A program made the position numbers and the translations under genes. Shown here piece after piece: positions 37,889 to 49,746 of a stretch of 64,000 nt of DNA. The first letter of the stretch is position 1. Each line of letters opens with the position of its first letter. The notes below the pieces were generated by a model. It searched no databases. It worked only from the letters and a program-made list of their open reading frames with translations, and was not told where the DNA came from. Location of the stretch: contig OZ024747.1 in the NCBI GenBank assembly GCA_964016885.1, positions 40,486,001-40,550,000 of the forward strand. The letters run 5' to 3'. Source of the stretch: Eledone cirrhosa. Taxonomy: Eukaryota.

Positions 37889-39985
37889 ATGGCTACCAAA
37901 AAGAAATTTCATACGTCACTCCCACTCATTCCGTCTTCTTCTTCCTCAATCATCACTACAGCAGAGAGAAGATTGTCTCTCTCCCTCCCTTCTTTAAATG
38001 TGTCTCTCTCCCTCCCTTCTCTTTCGCAAGTGACGAAAGAAAAGAAAAGTCTCGTGCAAAGCGTGCAAGGTTTCTCCACGACGACGACGACAGCGACGAA
38101 ACAGGTGTGCGGGAAATACGAAAACCCAGTTCATTCGTCTGACGTCAGGAATAATAGCAGTAGCAGCCGTAATAACAACAGCAACAGTGACAATGAAAAC
38201 AACAGTAGCAGCCGCAACAGCATCACCAGCAGCATAAACAACAACAGCATTAGCAGCAGCAACACCAACAACAACCACAGCAACAGCGGCGGAGGCAGTA
38301 GTCGTAGTACCTGCAGCAACAACAAAAGTACCAGCAGCTCTGACGACAACAACAACAGCAGAGAAAAACCAATCTCATTTGCAGGTATTGCGAAAAACCT
38401 GGAAACAATCCTCATAACAAATGAGGAATTAGAGGAAGCGAAGAAGATGGTGACAAAGAACGGACACCGAGCAATCTGCAAGGCAGCGAAAAATTTTTTC
38501 GAAACCCAAGAGCACTGTACGGTCACGTACCGTACAGTAAGTACAAAATCCCGTAGGGTGGAAAGAGCCACAGAGGCCCAAATACAAAAAGCCTTGGGGT
38601 CTGTGTGGCAGAGGAAAACGCACATCACCCGAGGCAAAAAATACGCCACCGTAGACGTACTTTTTGCCACACCCCAGGAGGCAAAGGCCCAATCAATAGT
38701 GACCCTAAGGAGCGAGGAAATGGTGTTGGTGCCCTCCTACTGCGGGCAAAAAATTGTGAGGGTCAAACTGACCCACGTCCCCCCCGGAATGACCCCTTCT
38801 TGGCTGGCCGCGTCTGTCCTCGTCGGAATCGAGGACAAAACAACTGTACTGCAAGTACAGAAAAAAGTAAGAGAAGATTGGGTCGGCTCCTCCATTGAGA
38901 TGCTAATCCAAACCAACCAGGAGTGCATCGAAGCTATCCCGGATGTGATAGACTTCGATAACGGCACTCAACTGCCCATAAGTGTTGAGGGCAAACGCCC
39001 GAAATGCTTTCGCTGTGGATCGAAGACTCACCTCAGGGCCTTCTGCAACGAGAAGACCCTGAGAAAGGAGAAAACCCCCCTCCTCCCGAATCCGGTTCCA
39101 CGGCTACCAGCAACAGGACAAGCGGCAACCAGGAACGATAGGTCCGTGGCACCCATACCCACTCCACGGAAATCAAAGACAGCAGCAGCAGTGGAAATAT
39201 TAACAACAACAACAGCAATACCAAATGCAGCTGCAACAGAGACTCCAGTGCAAACATCACCAACAACAACAAGTGAAAGAGTGGAGCTGGTACCCCTCCC
39301 CGACCTTACAGAATCAGACATGGAGTGTGAGGTGGGAGAGGGATGGCAAAAGGTCTCAAGAAGGCACAAACGCAGAAGCAGCGCATCGTCGCCTTTGAAA
39401 AGGGAGGAAAGAAATGAGAAAAGGGTAAAGTCTACTGCAAAGAGACCCACAGCAGCAACACCACCAACACCATCACCACCCACACCAGCACCACCATCAC
39501 CACCGGCGACAACCCCACCGCCAACAACACCTTCAACACCACCACCACAAGCACCAACATCGCAAACACAACAACAAAACACACACACCCAGCAACAACG
39601 ACAAGAAAATAGCAGAACCACACCCCACCCCCAGAAAAACAAATGCACGGCAATAAACACACACAACAAGAAACTAATGACTTACATAATTGAACACACA
39701 GACATTTCACAACAGGACTACATAATACCAGCACCAATCAAAACGCCAACTAACATAAGACTGCTAAAAATAGCACAGAAACAATACACAAACATTAAAA
39801 CGAAATTCCCCAACGCAGTTGGTGATTTCAGGGACCTTGGAGGAACCATCAATCGAAGAGTATACTCAGACATTCTCTTAGAAGAACCGACGACCAGCCG
39901 AAGGGACGATTCAACGGTCCCTTCACCAGACGATCAAGTGAAAAGGGATGTAAAAACCATCCCTCCTCTACCAAAAGTACGGTAA
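37889..39985 (+). CDS. Tx1 ORF1 (gag-like; CCHC knuckle; Ser/Asn- and Pro/Thr-rich tracts)
   Basis: First ATG MATKKKF at 37889; CFRCGSKTHLRAFC. Confidence 0.85.
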   Translation: MATKKKFHTSLPLIPSSSSSIITTAERRLSLSLPSLNVSLSLPSLSQVTKEKKSLVQSVQGFSTTTTTATKQVCGKYENPVHSSDVRNNSSSSRNNNSNSDNENNSSSRNSITSSINNNSISSSNTNNNHSNSGGGSSRSTCSNNKSTSSSDDNNNSREKPISFAGIAKNLETILITNEELEEAKKMVTKNGHRAICKAAKNFFETQEHCTVTYRTVSTKSRRVERATEAQIQKALGSVWQRKTHITRGKKYATVDVLFATPQEAKAQSIVTLRSEEMVLVPSYCGQKIVRVKLTHVPPGMTPSWLAASVLVGIEDKTTVLQVQKKVREDWVGSSIEMLIQTNQECIEAIPDVIDFDNGTQLPISVEGKRPKCFRCGSKTHLRAFCNEKTLRKEKTPLLPNPVPRLPATGQAATRNDRSVAPIPTPRKSKTAAAVEILTTTTAIPNAAATETPVQTSPTTTSERVELVPLPDLTESDMECEVGEGWQKVSRRHKRRSSASSPLKREERNEKRVKSTAKRPTAATPPTPSPPTPAPPSPPATTPPPTTPSTPPPQAPTSQTQQQNTHTQQQRQENSRTTPHPQKNKCTAINTHNKKLMTYIIEHTDISQQDYIIPAPIKTPTNIRLLKIAQKQYTNIKTKFPNAVGDFRDLGGTINRRVYSDILLEEPTTSRRDDSTVPSPDDQVKRDVKTIPPLPKVR

Positions 39986-40020
39986 GTGGTCTTTCCCATC
40001 TTTTCCACTCTATTTTAAAC

Positions 40021-43000
40021 ATGACCTCACTCAGAATAGGCAGCATAAATGCGCGTGGCTTGGGGTCGTCATGGAAGCAGGGTCACCTGCTCAACGACCT
40101 CAGGTCACTAAACATAGATGTAGTGGCCATCAGCGAGACCAGAATCTCCGAAGCACGGGCCTTCGCACCGATCTTCGGCGGCTACGATGTGTACGCATCT
40201 CCCAGCCGTCCTGGATCCGGTGGAGGAGTTGCTGTACTTTTTCGGAGAGGTTTGGATCTCGCCATACGGGCCATCTTCCTGGACCCAGAGGGTAAGCTGG
40301 TGGTGCTGGACGTGACCAGCGGAGACGGGCAAGCTTTCAGGCTAGTGGCCGTCTATGCCCCGACAGGAGCAGGGCGGCCTGATTTCTTCCGGCGTCTGGA
40401 GACCTTTCTTGGAACGTCCCGCTCTTTAGTGTTAGTGGGCGACTGGAACGGGATCTTAGATGCACGCTGGGACTGTGTGGGATTAGCGGATAGGGGTGGA
40501 GGGTGCAAGAGCCTCACCAACCTGCTCAGGCGTTTTGAACTGTCTGACAGGTACCGATTGGATTTCCCGAATGTGCCAATGTGGACTTGGACAAACCGCA
40601 TAGGGTCATCCAGATCATATCTAGATAGAGTATTTTGTAGGGAAATAGATAGGTCTAGCATAGGCTGTCCACAATTCAAGATAGTCAGCTACACGGACCA
40701 CAAATTCGTGACCTGTGTGCTTGACTTAGATAGGCTTCATAGACGAGGACCCGGCTACTGGAAGCTAAACGCGTCCTTACCAGCGCGCAAGGCCTACAGA
40801 GACCGGATTAGCGAACTAGTTAAGCGGGCGTTGACGGGGGCCATCGTCAACAACAAGTGGTGGTTTGCTCTGAAAAGAGCGATTAGAATAGAATCGATTA
40901 GGTTTAGTAAGGCTTTAGCAATAGAGAAAAATAGAGCAGAGGGAGAACTAGTTAGAAAATTAGACGAGGCGCTTAGCAAAGGCATTGCGACCGACGTGCT
41001 TGCGGCGAAATTGGCCCTTGACCAATTCTTCAATGCAAAGCACGAAGGCTGCGTTGTCAGAGCTAGGGTGCGTGCTCTCAGACACGAGGGGACGAAAGCC
41101 GTTCAATGGGCCCGAGTGGCGGAGGCGCGTCGTGGCAACAAAGCCACGATCCGGTCTTTGGTGGACCACGACGGGCGCATGCTACTCGATCCCGGGCAAA
41201 TGTGTGAAGCTTTTCAGCGACACTTCGCTCAGCTGTTCGGGGGCAGCGGGGGGCCGGGTAGAGGGATGGACTTTAGTGTCTACCTCGACGGACTGCCGCG
41301 GCTCTCGGCCACTGAGGCGAAGTGTTGCGAAAAGCCGATAACAGCCGCTGAAGTACGGGAGGCAATGACTGGCTGCACAAGGGGTAAATCGCCTGGTTTG
41401 GATGGTCTGCCCTATGAACTTTACGTACAGATGCCAGACTTGTTCGGAGGCCTCTTGGCGGACGTCTACTGCAACTGGCAACAGAACGGGAGAATTCCCA
41501 GTTCTGTGAGCCGAGGAGCGGTGGCACTGCTGAGAAAGGATCCGAACAAGGGGGATAACATAGACAATTTCCGGCCCATAACTCTGCTAAACACAGAGTT
41601 TAAGATTTTGGCCAAGGTGCTAGCAAAGAGGTTGGCGCTTGTCGTTGGTGGTCTGGTGGGAGAGGCGCAGACATGCGCCATTCCCGACAGATCCATCCAC
41701 GACAACCTCCACCTCATGCGATACATCGTAGAAAGGGTAGCTAGGGAACCTGGCACGGGTGGGTCCTTGATCAATTTAGATCAGTCGAAAGCTTTCGATA
41801 GGGTCGACCATCGTTACCTAGCGGCAGTCCTGAGGGCGGCTGGCTTTGGGCCCGTCTTCAGAGGCTGGATCGCTGCCATGCACAGCGACATCTGCTCTGT
41901 GGTGAGAGTGAACGGTCACCTGTCGGAACCGTTCAACATCATGCGCTCGGTCCGCCAAGGATGTCCCCTCTCGTCCCTCTTGTACGTATTGACTCTCGAG
42001 CCATTACTGCACAAACTGGAGACGTTGAGGGGAGTCCCGCGCGAACTAGGATGCGGAAGATCCGTGTCAGCATATGCGGACGATGTCACCGTAGTGGTGT
42101 CGAACGCCAAACACATCGAGGCGATCGGCACTACACTAAGAGAATACGAAGCGGTGACAGGAGCAATGATCAACCAGGAAAAGTCAGTGGGCCTGCAGCT
42201 CGGCACCTGGAGAGGCAGGTCCATGCCGTCCAACAGCGTCGTCGGGCGCTGGACGGACGGACCGGTTAAATTGCTAGGGGTCTGGTTCGGTCCGGACCTC
42301 CAGACGGACAAAAACTGGGACGAGGTGACGAGCAGGGTGGCTTCTCTCACCCAGAAATGGGCGGAGAGGAAGCTATCCCTGAAAGGTCGAGCGGAGGTGG
42401 CTAACGCGTACATCGCGTCTGTCATCTGCTACCGCCTAACCGTCGTACCTTGTCCTAAGCCTCGCCTGACTGCGCTGGAGCGTTTGCTCTTTCGCTTTTT
42501 GTGGAAGGGACGTGCTCCGATGGTCAGGCGGTCCATCTGTTGTCAACACCCGCTACGTGGAGGGCTGGGCATGCCGTGGCTGATGATGCGCAGGCACGCG
42601 CTCAGGCTACGACATCTCCACCTCTTCCTCGACGGTGATCAGGTGTGGTCGCCGTTTGCTAGACGCGTTTTTCCCCAGCTCGTTTCCTTGACGGAGCTGC
42701 AGTCCTGGGTCAAGCGAAGACCGAGAGGGAGCGCCTGGAGACTGGAATGTCTTCAGGCGCTCACAGCCCTCGACCAATCGGGCAATGTGATCGGTGGAAA
42801 CTCCACCTCGGCGTTCTATAGAGGATTAGTGGAGGGGAAGAGCGACGACGTACTTGGGGAAACTCTAGGCGTCGACGAAAATCAACTAGCCAATCTCTTC
42901 GGAAGAACTTTCGGGCCAGGGCCTATGGACAACTTCCAGAAATCTCTGGCCTGGCAGTGCTACCGAGGAGCCTTGCCAGTTCGGGATAAACTCTACAGGC

Positions 43001-43440
43001 ATGGAGGTGCCGTCAGCCGGGCATGTCCGAGATGCGCGCAGGGCGACGAAACCGTCCTGCACGCACTCGTCCAGTGTCCGAAAATTGCTGACTTGTGGGT
43101 TTATGTCGAACACCTGCTGTCGCGTTTAGGACGGATCCAGCTATCATCTGAGTCTATCGTGAGGATTGCCCCGCCCTCCTCCTTTAGCCGGGAAGGGCAG
43201 GCAGTTTTTATCTGTCTGGTGGCCATGGCGAAAGAGATAGTATGGTGGACACGTTTGAAAGGGCTGAAGACGAGCACTTACCTCTTCGGTGATGCTCTGA
43301 TTGACTTTTTCAAATTTCATTTGAAAAGGAAAATCAGAGTAGAGAAGGAAGTGCTCTCTTTCCAGCATTTTGTTGAAAGATGGGTGAGAGAAGCAAGAAT
43401 GGCCCGAGTGAATGGGCCGACTCTGAGTATATATCTGTAA
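40021..43440 (+). CDS. Tx1 ORF2 (APE endonuclease + RT + C-terminal CCHC), 1139 aa
   Basis: SINARGL, GDWN, YTDH, WKLN, KAFDRV, RQGCPLS, AYADD, CPRC-x7-H-x4-C. Confidence 0.95.
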   Translation: MTSLRIGSINARGLGSSWKQGHLLNDLRSLNIDVVAISETRISEARAFAPIFGGYDVYASPSRPGSGGGVAVLFRRGLDLAIRAIFLDPEGKLVVLDVTSGDGQAFRLVAVYAPTGAGRPDFFRRLETFLGTSRSLVLVGDWNGILDARWDCVGLADRGGGCKSLTNLLRRFELSDRYRLDFPNVPMWTWTNRIGSSRSYLDRVFCREIDRSSIGCPQFKIVSYTDHKFVTCVLDLDRLHRRGPGYWKLNASLPARKAYRDRISELVKRALTGAIVNNKWWFALKRAIRIESIRFSKALAIEKNRAEGELVRKLDEALSKGIATDVLAAKLALDQFFNAKHEGCVVRARVRALRHEGTKAVQWARVAEARRGNKATIRSLVDHDGRMLLDPGQMCEAFQRHFAQLFGGSGGPGRGMDFSVYLDGLPRLSATEAKCCEKPITAAEVREAMTGCTRGKSPGLDGLPYELYVQMPDLFGGLLADVYCNWQQNGRIPSSVSRGAVALLRKDPNKGDNIDNFRPITLLNTEFKILAKVLAKRLALVVGGLVGEAQTCAIPDRSIHDNLHLMRYIVERVAREPGTGGSLINLDQSKAFDRVDHRYLAAVLRAAGFGPVFRGWIAAMHSDICSVVRVNGHLSEPFNIMRSVRQGCPLSSLLYVLTLEPLLHKLETLRGVPRELGCGRSVSAYADDVTVVVSNAKHIEAIGTTLREYEAVTGAMINQEKSVGLQLGTWRGRSMPSNSVVGRWTDGPVKLLGVWFGPDLQTDKNWDEVTSRVASLTQKWAERKLSLKGRAEVANAYIASVICYRLTVVPCPKPRLTALERLLFRFLWKGRAPMVRRSICCQHPLRGGLGMPWLMMRRHALRLRHLHLFLDGDQVWSPFARRVFPQLVSLTELQSWVKRRPRGSAWRLECLQALTALDQSGNVIGGNSTSAFYRGLVEGKSDDVLGETLGVDENQLANLFGRTFGPGPMDNFQKSLAWQCYRGALPVRDKLYRHGGAVSRACPRCAQGDETVLHALVQCPKIADLWVYVEHLLSRLGRIQLSSESIVRIAPPSSFSREGQAVFICLVAMAKEIVWWTRLKGLKTSTYLFGDALIDFFKFHLKRKIRVEKEVLSFQHFVERWVREARMARVNGPTLSIYL

Positions 43441-43700
43441 ACTAAAGGTGGAAAACTGGGAGAGGGCACTTGCCTTGGTGGTCAGGGTCATTGTGGCTTT
43501 TTACTGGGCTTTCTCCACAAATGTCCCTCCGAAGTCTCCCCCCTATTGGGGAATTTTTCATTGTTATTTTCATTGTTATTTTTGTTACATCCTCTGTTTT
43601 TGTTTTTTTACACGCAGAAATGCCCATTTGTACCGTCCTGCATTGTCCTGCACTGTCCTTAATGTCTACTTTATGTAAACCCTTGTGGTTAATAAAGAAA

Positions 43701-43732
<32 letters not shown>

Positions 43733-43915
43733 GTTATTAATGTATGTGTGTATATATGTGTGAGTGTATGTGTATGTATGTGTGTGTGTATATATGTATG
43801 TATGTGTATGTATGTGTGTGTGTATATATATGTGTATATATATATATGTGTATATAAATGTGTGTATATATATATATATATATATATCTTTTTTTTTATT
43901 TATTTTTTTTTTTTT

Positions 43916-43977
<62 letters not shown>

Positions 43978-44190
43978 GAATGCCATGGTTGACGGAGGCT
44001 CGGCTCTGTAAGGTATAGTAATTTTTAACCGTTAAAACAATTGTAAATTGTTTAAAACTTGAACCAAATTGTTGATAAAGACACCCTCCTCCTCGTGAGA
44101 GGGGTCTTTCTGTCCGTTATTTGGCCCTTCGGGGTTAAATAACCAGTTATTGGGGTTTTGTACCCAAAATTTCATTTTAAACAAAAAAAC

Positions 44191-46291
44191 ATGGCTACCA
44201 AAAAGAAATTTCATACGTCACTCCCACTCATTCCGTCTTCTTCTTCCTCAATCATCACTACAGCAGAGAGAAGATTGTCTCTCTCCCTCCCTTCTTTAAA
44301 TGTGTCTCTCTCCCTCCCTTCTCTTTCGCAAGTGACGAAAGAAAAGAAAAGTCTCGTGCAAAGCGTGCAAGGTTTCTCCACGACGACGACGACAGCGACG
44401 AAACAGGTGTGCGGGAAATACGAAAACCCAGTTCATTCGTCTGACGTCAGGAATAATAGCAGTAGCAGCCGTAATAACAACAGCAACAGTGACAATGAAA
44501 ACAACAGTAGCAGCCGCAACAGCATCACCAGCAGCATAAACAACAACAGCATTAGCAGCAGCAACACCAACAACAACCACAGCAACAGCGGCGGAGGCAG
44601 TAGTCGTAGTACCTGCAGCAACAACAAAAGTACCAGCAGCTCTGACGACAACAACAACAGCAGAGAAAAACCAATCTCATTTGCAGGTATTGCGAAAAAC
44701 CTGGAAACAATCCTCATAACAAATGAGGAATTAGAGGAAGCGAAGAAGATGGTGACAAAGAACGGACACCGAGCAATCTGCAAGGCAGCGAAAAATTTTT
44801 TCGAAACCCAAGAGCACTGTACGGTCACGTACCGTACAGTAAGTACAAAATCCCGTAGGGTGGAAAGAGCCACAGAGGCCCAAATACAAAAAGCCTTGGG
44901 GTCTGTGTGGCAGAGGAAAACGCACATCACCCGAGGCAAAAAAATACGCCACCGTAGACGTACTTTTTGCCACACCCCAGGAGGCAAAGGCCCAATCAGT
45001 AGTGACCCTAAGGAGCGAGGAAATGGTGTTGGTGCCCTCCTACTGCGGGCAAAAAATTGTGAGGGTCAAACTGACCCACGTCCCCCCCGGAATGACCCCT
45101 TCTTGGCTGGCCGCGTCTGTCCTCGTCGGAATCGAGGACAAAACAACTGTACTGCAAGTACAGAAAAAAGTAAGAGAAGATTGGGTCGGCTCCTCCATTG
45201 AGATGCTAATCCAAACCAACCAGGAGTGCATCGAAGCTATCCCGGATGTGATAGACTTCGATAACGGCACTCAACTGCCCATAAGTGTTGAGGGCAAACG
45301 CCCGAAATGCTTTCGCTGTGGATCGAAGACCCACCTCAGGGCCTTCTGCAACGAGAAGACCCTGAGAAAGGAGAAAACCCCCCCCCTCCTTCCGAATCCG
45401 GCTCCACGGCTACCAGCAACAGGACAAGCGGCAACCAGGAACGATAGGCCCGTGGCACCCATACCCACTCCACGGAAATCAAAAACAGCAGCAGCAGTGG
45501 AAATACTAACAACAACAACAGCAATACCAAATGCAGCTGCAACAGAGACTCCAGTGCAAACATCACCAACAACAACAAGTGAAAGAGTGGAGTTGGTACC
45601 CCTCCCCGACCTCACAGAATCAGACATGGAGTGTGAGGTGGGAGAGAGATGGCAAAAGGTCGTAAGAAGACACAAACGCAGAAGCAGCGCATCGTCGCCT
45701 TTGAAAAGGGAGGAAAGAAATGAGAAAAGGGTAAAGTCTACTGCAAAGAGACCCACAGCAGCAACAACACCAACACCATCACCACCCACACTAGCGCCAC
45801 CATCACCACCGGCGACAACCCCACCGCCAACAACACCTTCAACACCACCACCACAAGCACCAACATCGCAAACACAACAACAAAACACACACACCCAGCA
45901 ACAACGACAAGAAAATAGCAGAACCACACCCCACCCCCAGAAAAATAAATGCACGGCAATAAATACACACAACAAGAAACTAATGACTTACATAATTGAA
46001 CACACAGACATTTCACAACAGGACTACATAATACCAGCACCAATCAAAACGCCAACTAACATAAGACTGCTAAAAATAGCACAGAAACAATACACAAATA
46101 TTAAAACGAAATTCCCCAACGCAGTTGGTGATTTCAGGGACCTAGGAGGAACCATCAATCGAAGAGTATACTCAGACATTCTCTTAGAAGAGCCGACGAC
46201 CAGCCGAAGGGACGATTCAACGGTCCCTTCACCAGACGATCAAGTGAAAAGGGATGTAAAAACCATCCCTCCTCTACCAAAAGTACGGTAA
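44191..46291 (+). pseudogene. Tx1 ORF1 copy 2, +1 frameshift in an A run near 44940
   Basis: ggcaaaaaaatac versus ggcaaaaaatac in copy 1; could be a homopolymer error. Confidence 0.75.
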
Positions 46292-46326
46292 GTGGTCTTT
46301 CCCATCTTTTCCACTCTATTTTAAAC

Positions 46327-49300
46327 ATGACCTCACTCAGAATAGGCAGCATAAATGCGCGTGGCTTGGGGTCGTCATGGAAGCAGGGTCACCTGCTCAA
46401 CGACCTCAGGTCACTAAACATAGATGTAGTGGCCATCAGCGAGACCAGAATCTCCGAAGCACGGGCCTTCGCACCGATCTTCGGCGGCTACGATGTGTAC
46501 GCATCTCCCAGCCGTCCTGGATCGGGTGGAGGAGTTGCTGTGCTTTTTCGGAGAGGTTTGGGTCTCGCCATACGGGCCATCTTCCTGGACCCAGAGGGTA
46601 AGCTGGTGGTGCTGGACGTGACCAGCGGAGACGGGCAATCTTTCAGGCTAGTGGCCGTCTATGCCCCGACAGGAGCAGGGCGGCCTGATTTCTTCCGGCG
46701 TCTGGAGACCTTTCTTGGAACGTCCCGCTCTTTAGTGTTAGTGGGCGACTGGAACGGGATCTTAGATGCACGCTGGGACTGTGTGGGATTAGCGGATAGG
46801 GGTGGAGGGTGCAAGAGCCTCACCAACCTGCTCAGGCGTTTTGAACTGTCTGACAGGTACCGATTGGATTTCCCGAATGTGCCAATGTGGACTTGGACAA
46901 ACCGCATAGGGTCATCCAGATCATATCTAGATAGAGTATTTTGTAGGGAAATAGATAGGTCTAGCATAGGCTGTCCACAATTCAAGATAGTCAGCTACAC
47001 GGACCACAAATTCGTGATCTGTGTGCTTGACTTAGATAGGCTTCATAGACGAGGACCCGGCTACTGGAAGCTAAACGCGTCCTTACCAGCGCGCAAGGCC
47101 TACAGAGACCGGATTAGCGAACTAGTTAAGCGGGCGTTGACGGGGGCCATCGTCAACAACAAGTGGTGGTTTGCTCTGAAAAGAGCGATTAGAATAGAAT
47201 CGATTAGGTTTAGTAAGGCTTTAGCAATAGAGAAAAATAGAGCAGAGGGAGAACTAGTTAGAAAATTAGACGAGGCGCTTAGCAAAGGCATTGCGACCGA
47301 CGTGCTTGCGGCGAAATTGGCCCTTGACCAATTCTTCAATGCAAAGCACGAAGGCTGCGTTGTCAGAGCTAGGGTGCGTGCTCTCAGACACGAGGGGACG
47401 AAAGCCGTTCAATGGGCCCGAGTGGCGGAGGCGCGTCGTGGCAACAAAGCCACGATCCGGTCTTTGGTGGACCACGACGGGCGCATGCTACTCGATCCCG
47501 GGCAAATGTGTGAAGCTTTTCAGCGACACTTCGCTCAGCTGTTCGGGGGCAGCGGGGGGCCGGGTAGAGGGATGGACTTTAGTGTCTACCTCGACGGGCT
47601 GCCGCGGCTCTCGGCCACTGAGGCGAGGTGTTGCGAAAAGCCGATAACAGCCGCTGAAGTACGGGAGGCAATGACTGGCTGCACAAGGGGTAAATCGCCT
47701 GGTTTGGATGGTCTGCCCTATGAACTTTACGTACAGATGCCAGACTTGTTCGGAGGCCTCTTGGCGGACGTCTACTGCAACTGGCAACAGAACGGGAGAA
47801 TTCCCAGTTCTGTGAGCCGAGGAGCGGTGGCACTGCTGAGAAAGGATCCGAACAAGGGGGATAACATAGACAATTTCCGGCCCATAACTCTGCTAAACAC
47901 AGAGTTTAAGATTTTGGCCAAGGTGCTAGCAAAGAGGTTGGCGCTTGTCGTTGGTGGTCTGGTGGGAGAGGCGCAGACATGCGCCATTCCCGACAGATCC
48001 ATCCACGACAACCTCCACCTCATGCGATACATCGTAGAGAGGGTAGCTAGGGAACCTGGCACGGGTGGGTCCTTGATCAATTTAGATCAGTCGAAAGCTT
48101 TCGATAGGGTCGACCATCGTTACCTAGCGGCAGTCCTGAGGGCGGCTGGCTTTGGGCCCGTCTTCAGAGGCTGGATCGCTGCCATGCACAGCGACATCTG
48201 CTCTGTGGTGAGAGTGAACGGTCACCTGTCGGAACCGTTCAACATCATGCGCTCGGTCCGCCAAGGATGTCCCCTCTCGTCCCTCTTGTACGTATTGACT
48301 CTCGAGCCATTACTGCACAAACTGGAGACGTTGAGGGGAGTCCCGCGCGAACTAGGATGCGGAAGATCCGTGTCAGCATATGCGGACGATGTCACCGTAG
48401 TGGTGTCGAACGCCAAACACATCGAGGCGATCGGCACTACACTAAGAGAATACGAAGCGGTGACAGGAGCAATGATCAACCAGGAAAAGTCAGTGGGCCT
48501 GCAGCTCGGCACCTGGAGAGGCAGGTCCATGCCGTCCAACAGCGTCGTCGGGCGCTGGACGGACGGACCGGTTAAATTGCTAGGGGTCTGGTTCGGTCCG
48601 GACCTCCAGACGGACAAAAACTGGGACGAGGTGACGAGCAGGGTGGCTTCTCTCACCCAGAAATGGGCGGAGAGGAAGCTATCCCTGAAAGGTCGAGCGG
48701 AGGTGGCTAACGCGTACATCGCGTCTGTCATCTGCTACCGCCTAACCGTCGTACCTTGTCCTAAGCCTCGCCTGACTGCGCTGGAGCGTTTGCTCTTTCG
48801 CTTTTTGTGGAAGGGACGTGCTCCGATGGTCAGGCGGTCCATCTGTTGTCAACACCCGCTACGTGGAGGGCTGGGCATGCCGTGGCTGATGATGCGCAGG
48901 CACGCGCTCAGGCTACGACATCTCCACCTCTTCCTCGACGGTGATCAGGTGTGGTCGCCGTTTGCTAGACGCGTTTTTCCCCAGCTCGTTTCCTTGACGG
49001 AGCTGCAGTCCTGGGTCAAGCGAAGACCGAGAGGGAGCGCCTGGAGACTGGAATGTCTTCAGGCGCTCACAGCCCTCGACCAATCGGGCAATGTGATCGG
49101 TGGAAACTCCACCTCGGCGTTCTATAGAGGATTAGTGGAGGGGAAGAGCGACGACGTACTTGGGGAAACTCTAGGCGTCGACGAAAATCAACTAGCCAAT
49201 CTCTTCGGAAGAACTTTCGGGCCAGGGCCTATGGACAACTTCCAGAAATCTCTGGCCTGGCAGTGCTACCGAGGAGCCTTGCCAGTTCGGGATAAACTCT

Positions 49301-49746
49301 ACAGGCATGGAGGTGCCGTCAGCCGGGCATGTCCGAGATGCGCGCAGGGCGACGAAACCGTCCTGCACGCACTCGTCCAGTGTCCGAAAATTGCTGACTT
49401 GTGGGTTTATGTCGAACACCTGCTGTCGCGTTTAGGACGGATCCAGCTATCATCTGAGTCTATCGTGAGGATTGCCCCGCCCTCCTCCTTTAGCCGGGAA
49501 GGGCAGGCAGTTTTTATCTGTCTGGTGGCCATGGCGAAAGAGATAGTATGGTGGACACGTTTGAAAGGGCTGAAGACGAGCACTTACCTCTTCGGTGATG
49601 CTCTGATTGACTTTTTCAAATTTCATTTGAAAAGGAAAATCAGAGTAGAGAAGGAAGTGCTCTCTTCCCAGCATTTTGTTGAAAGATGGGTGAGAGAAGC
49701 AAGAATGGCCCGAGTGAATGGGCCGACTCTGAGTATATATCTGTAA
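46327..49746 (+). CDS. Tx1 ORF2 copy 2, intact 1139 aa
   Basis: Same motifs as copy 1 with a few substitutions. Confidence 0.95.
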   Translation: MTSLRIGSINARGLGSSWKQGHLLNDLRSLNIDVVAISETRISEARAFAPIFGGYDVYASPSRPGSGGGVAVLFRRGLGLAIRAIFLDPEGKLVVLDVTSGDGQSFRLVAVYAPTGAGRPDFFRRLETFLGTSRSLVLVGDWNGILDARWDCVGLADRGGGCKSLTNLLRRFELSDRYRLDFPNVPMWTWTNRIGSSRSYLDRVFCREIDRSSIGCPQFKIVSYTDHKFVICVLDLDRLHRRGPGYWKLNASLPARKAYRDRISELVKRALTGAIVNNKWWFALKRAIRIESIRFSKALAIEKNRAEGELVRKLDEALSKGIATDVLAAKLALDQFFNAKHEGCVVRARVRALRHEGTKAVQWARVAEARRGNKATIRSLVDHDGRMLLDPGQMCEAFQRHFAQLFGGSGGPGRGMDFSVYLDGLPRLSATEARCCEKPITAAEVREAMTGCTRGKSPGLDGLPYELYVQMPDLFGGLLADVYCNWQQNGRIPSSVSRGAVALLRKDPNKGDNIDNFRPITLLNTEFKILAKVLAKRLALVVGGLVGEAQTCAIPDRSIHDNLHLMRYIVERVAREPGTGGSLINLDQSKAFDRVDHRYLAAVLRAAGFGPVFRGWIAAMHSDICSVVRVNGHLSEPFNIMRSVRQGCPLSSLLYVLTLEPLLHKLETLRGVPRELGCGRSVSAYADDVTVVVSNAKHIEAIGTTLREYEAVTGAMINQEKSVGLQLGTWRGRSMPSNSVVGRWTDGPVKLLGVWFGPDLQTDKNWDEVTSRVASLTQKWAERKLSLKGRAEVANAYIASVICYRLTVVPCPKPRLTALERLLFRFLWKGRAPMVRRSICCQHPLRGGLGMPWLMMRRHALRLRHLHLFLDGDQVWSPFARRVFPQLVSLTELQSWVKRRPRGSAWRLECLQALTALDQSGNVIGGNSTSAFYRGLVEGKSDDVLGETLGVDENQLANLFGRTFGPGPMDNFQKSLAWQCYRGALPVRDKLYRHGGAVSRACPRCAQGDETVLHALVQCPKIADLWVYVEHLLSRLGRIQLSSESIVRIAPPSSFSREGQAVFICLVAMAKEIVWWTRLKGLKTSTYLFGDALIDFFKFHLKRKIRVEKEVLSSQHFVERWVREARMARVNGPTLSIYL

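Larger units (their letters stand above)
37676..43702 (+). mobile_element. Full-length Tx1/L1-clade LINE copy 1 (both ORFs intact)
   Basis: Starts GAATGCC after (ATT)n, ends AATAAAGAAATC+(ATT)n. Confidence 0.92.

Noticed and set aside
38131-39737. Long antisense ORFs within Tx1 ORF1
   Set aside because: Expected shadows of low-complexity, CA-rich coding sequence
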